Of a stretch of 64,000 nucleotides of DNA, positions 60,959-64,000 are shown piece by piece. The notes beneath the pieces were generated by a model. The model saw only the letters and a program-made list of their open reading frames with translations. It was not told where the DNA came from and did not search any database. The first letter of the stretch is position 1; the number at the start of each line of letters is the position of its first letter. The position numbers and the translations under genes were made by a program. The DNA is taken from positions 4,662,153 to 4,726,152 of the forward strand of contig BFEA01000015.1 of assembly GCA_003427395.1 (NCBI GenBank), read 5' to 3'. This DNA comes from Chara braunii. Its lineage: Eukaryota > Plantae > Charophyceae.

Positions 60959-63537
60959 TGCAAACTTCGTCATCAGTTTGGAAGACGGTGCCAGATAGGT
61001 TGGGTAGAAAATCTGAGGGAGGTTGCGACAGCTTGCGGAGCATTTCTCTTTGCCTTGCCAAGGCATGCACGAAACAATTTCGCTTGTCGGACAAAGGATC
61101 TGTAGGTATGTATAGTCGATCAATCCCTGAGCAGGCATCTCTGCTTATGCTTGATTTGTTTCTGCCTTCTGGCCCATTGATTCCGGGATCATTGGTTGGA
61201 GGTTTCAAGCTTCATTTGAGTTTGAAATTCGAACTTTGAAGCCACAGCTCATGTCTGTGGAACGATAGAGGGCATCAGGCGTTAGCAACCAACTGGATGA
61301 GATGTGAGTGGTTGAGGCTGAAGTTTTAATCCATTTAGGTAAGGAGACTTATTGTGGCTGGCAGTTCGATTCGCAGTCAGGCACTGAGAGATTAATGGAG
61401 TCTGTAGCAGTGACACTGCAATCGGGATCGCCGGTTCGCCGTAGTGTTAGTTAGGATAGGAAACCCACGTTCCGGTTGAGTGACGCGATGAAACTGCTTG
61501 TCGATGAGGGACTGTGAGTACATGTAAACAAGGAGATTTGTAAAAAGGAGCACATTGTAGGTAGGTGAAAAGGGGATTAATTAGTCAAAGCGGGAACTGA
61601 CAGCGGGCGACTTCAGCGATAATGCAACTAGGGGTATGGATTGTATAACTAGGATGTGGTGAAGAATGGGAGGTCAAAATTGGACACAAACGGTGAAGGA
61701 ACTTGGAAGTTAAATGCAGAGGCATAACTGCTGGTTGCGGTGCTGAAGAACGCACGACTCCGCAGATGGTTGGCGAGCATGTCGCATTTCTCTGAGGCTG
61801 TAGGGACAGTCATCATGCACTGCAGGAACCAAACGGTGGATAAAATATGAAGCTTCAGTAGCGATATCAGGTATCTTCCTCTCTCCCTGCGATGGAGTCT
61901 ACGACTAGCAAGTGTACAGGTGATGCGTGAAGTCTGACAACACACAGAGATGTGACATTGGAGAATGGAGATATGGTGCTAGATATGGCCATCGAGAGTA
62001 AGTTGACGCTGCATGTGTTTTTCTACTGTCTTGCCTAGAAGCAGTGAAAGGACCCATCTGATGCATAGTAAATGGCTACTAATTGATGCACATGCAATCG
62101 TCAGGGATACCCTGGGAGGGGGAATGCAAGGAGAGAAAGGAGTTGTGGGAGGGGAAGGGAAGGATGTCTATAGAAGGGAGGAATGAAGATAGAAGTCATG
62201 ATTAAGGAGCACTGCAGGGGGTGGGCATGTGTAAAGTATAGTCTTTCATGTCTGTCAGATACTTTTAGGGGTATCTTGTGGCTGGCATTCCAGCTGCAAG
62301 AGGAGTTGCACTCTCTTTTGTCCTCTCATGGCTGCGCCATGCTTATCTTCCTCTTCATTGCTGGGGAACGGTTCTTTTGTTATGGACCCGCTTTTGGTGG
62401 TGTATGCAGCTTTGAGGGAGGAAGATCCTGGTTGTCTTTGGTGATTGGTTCACTTCTGCTACGCATTTGGGGAACGGATGGTGGGTCTCAGAATCAATTT
62501 TCAAGCCGAAAGGACAGGCATGGAAAGGTCTACTCTCCTGTCAATATGTATACAGTAACCTCGTGTTCTTCTTGTTTTATAGCACGGGATGGGACCACCG
62601 CGCCTAGAGGTAGACGCAGTGGAGAAAGTCGCAGATGATTTTTTTATGAAGGAAGCTCCGGAAGGCCATTCTAACAGTATACGTATATACATATATATAA
62701 ACTGTTCACCATAGGGGGGTGATGGTTTGAAAAGTTTCAGGAGGAACAACGCTGATCGGCTTTCGGACTTCCCACTGTCAACACATTTACGTTATCTTCA
62801 GGGCGCCACTGCTGGTAAGGTCATGGGCTCTGCAGCACCGATCGAAGGTACTCACGACACGGGAGGAATGGGTCGATTGATCAACAGTGGTGAGTTCTGA
62901 CCGTGCCCTGTGCAGCATCCATCCTGCCGAGGAGTTGGTGGTAATGGACTGCCGGCCCAAGAGGATGTAAGTGGTTACGGAGTGACAAGATGTGCAAGAG
63001 GAGCTTCACTTACGTTTGCCAATGGTGCTAGCAGGTCTGCTTCATCTGCCAAGTGAGAACCTGAGAGTGGAAGGAAAAAGGTACATGCAATGAGCAGCGC
63101 TGCAGGTACGCGTAGCTTAACTCAGAAGTTTGAACCTCTAATGTCTGAAGAAAAGTTTTAAACCTGTAACCTGGCAAGAATGTGGCCCCAACCTGGACCA
63201 GGTCTGTTTCAGCTCTGCAGTTTGCACACCAACTGCGTTGAGACTTATCTCCAACTTGGAGCCAGGTTCAAACCTGCATCATTCACTACCTGACGCGATC
63301 GGTGTGCTGTCATTGTAGAAGTGTTGACTTACAGAAGAGCAAGTGGAGTGCTTCAGGGTAAGATGGCAGTTTGCCGCCTAGGCTGCATTTTGTGAATATC
63401 CCTATCACTAGCTGAAGCCTGCGGTGGAATTAAGGGATGGAGTAGGTCGACGATTCCGCATCTCACACCCATATTTGCTTCTCGGTTGCGGTGCTGCTAC
63501 CCCCCCCGCCCTCCCCCCCTTCCCCCCCCGCAGGAGA

Positions 63538-63936
63538 TCAGCGCGTCATTCTTCTTGACGAGGGTGGTGATGGGTGATGGGTAATTGTATCGACCAATAT
63601 AAGTGTATGACTTGGAGGGGTAGTTTCTCCGCAAGATTGGTACTTTGACAGTTTGATGGTTTGACCATATGGGGAGATGGGGCGAACTTTTCTCAGTTGA
63701 AAAGAGGGAAGAATGACAACATCAATTAGAACAGATTTCTGCACTGGAGGAAAAGCCTCGCCTTTACAAGAGGAGCTTGCAGCCAGGGCAGGAACAAGTA
63801 TTGTACTGCAACTGAAGATGCTGAAGGTAGGTGCACTTGTAGAGGTTCCACTTTGGAACCGAGGTTCCGAGTTGGGAACCTGGTATGGTCTATTCTGTAA
63901 TGGGAAGGGATTGTACCTGCCGTTCAGCACTGGCAA
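63538..63936 (-). mobile_element. Possible LINE reverse-transcriptase relic
   Basis: GEAFPPVQKSVLI...VRPISPYGQTIKL resembles the LINE RT N-terminal signature G-x-FP-xx-WK...YRPISL-x4-KL; no YADD motif seen. Confidence 0.3.
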
Positions 63937-64000
63937 TGAATAGCACTTGCATTCTGCTTCAAATTAGTGTGCAAAGAGAGAAAAGAGAGAGGGGGGGGGG

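Noticed and set aside
61649-61945. TASEKCDMLANH, loosely like a LINE ORF2 linker
   Set aside because: Weak similarity and in the wrong order relative to the RT-like fragment at 63538-63936

Overview
Eukaryotic, repeat-rich nuclear DNA. Most of the window is one + strand gene, a complete KEEP ON GOING (KEG)-type E3 ubiquitin ligase (RING-HC, kinase-like domain, ankyrin repeats, HERC2-like repeats). I assembled it by hand as 17 coding exons from 8178 to 60578. All 16 introns are GT-AG with compatible phases, giving a 5151-nt CDS (1716 aa). The very long TE-filled introns and the style of the repeats suggest a charophyte alga such as Chara (inference only). Introns and flanks contain several non-autonomous TIR element families (a fixed-length 105-bp family, a ~122-bp GGGC-ended family with 3-bp TSDs, hAT-like elements), a 2.4-kb probable solo LTR with a 4-bp TSD, retroelement relics and many microsatellites. 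The most unusual signals are: (i) two diverged, mutually homologous relics of a Cys/His-rich gene ending in a RING-HC finger, nested in KEG introns 1 and 2; (ii) a tandem array of U6 snRNA-derived units in intron 16; (iii) a decayed mitochondrial-type tRNA-Lys in intron 10; (iv) a triplicated leader with three uATGs in front of the KEG start. Two Nextera mate-pair junction adapters and several N gaps show local assembly artefacts. All comparisons to known proteins and RNAs are from memory, not from database searches.
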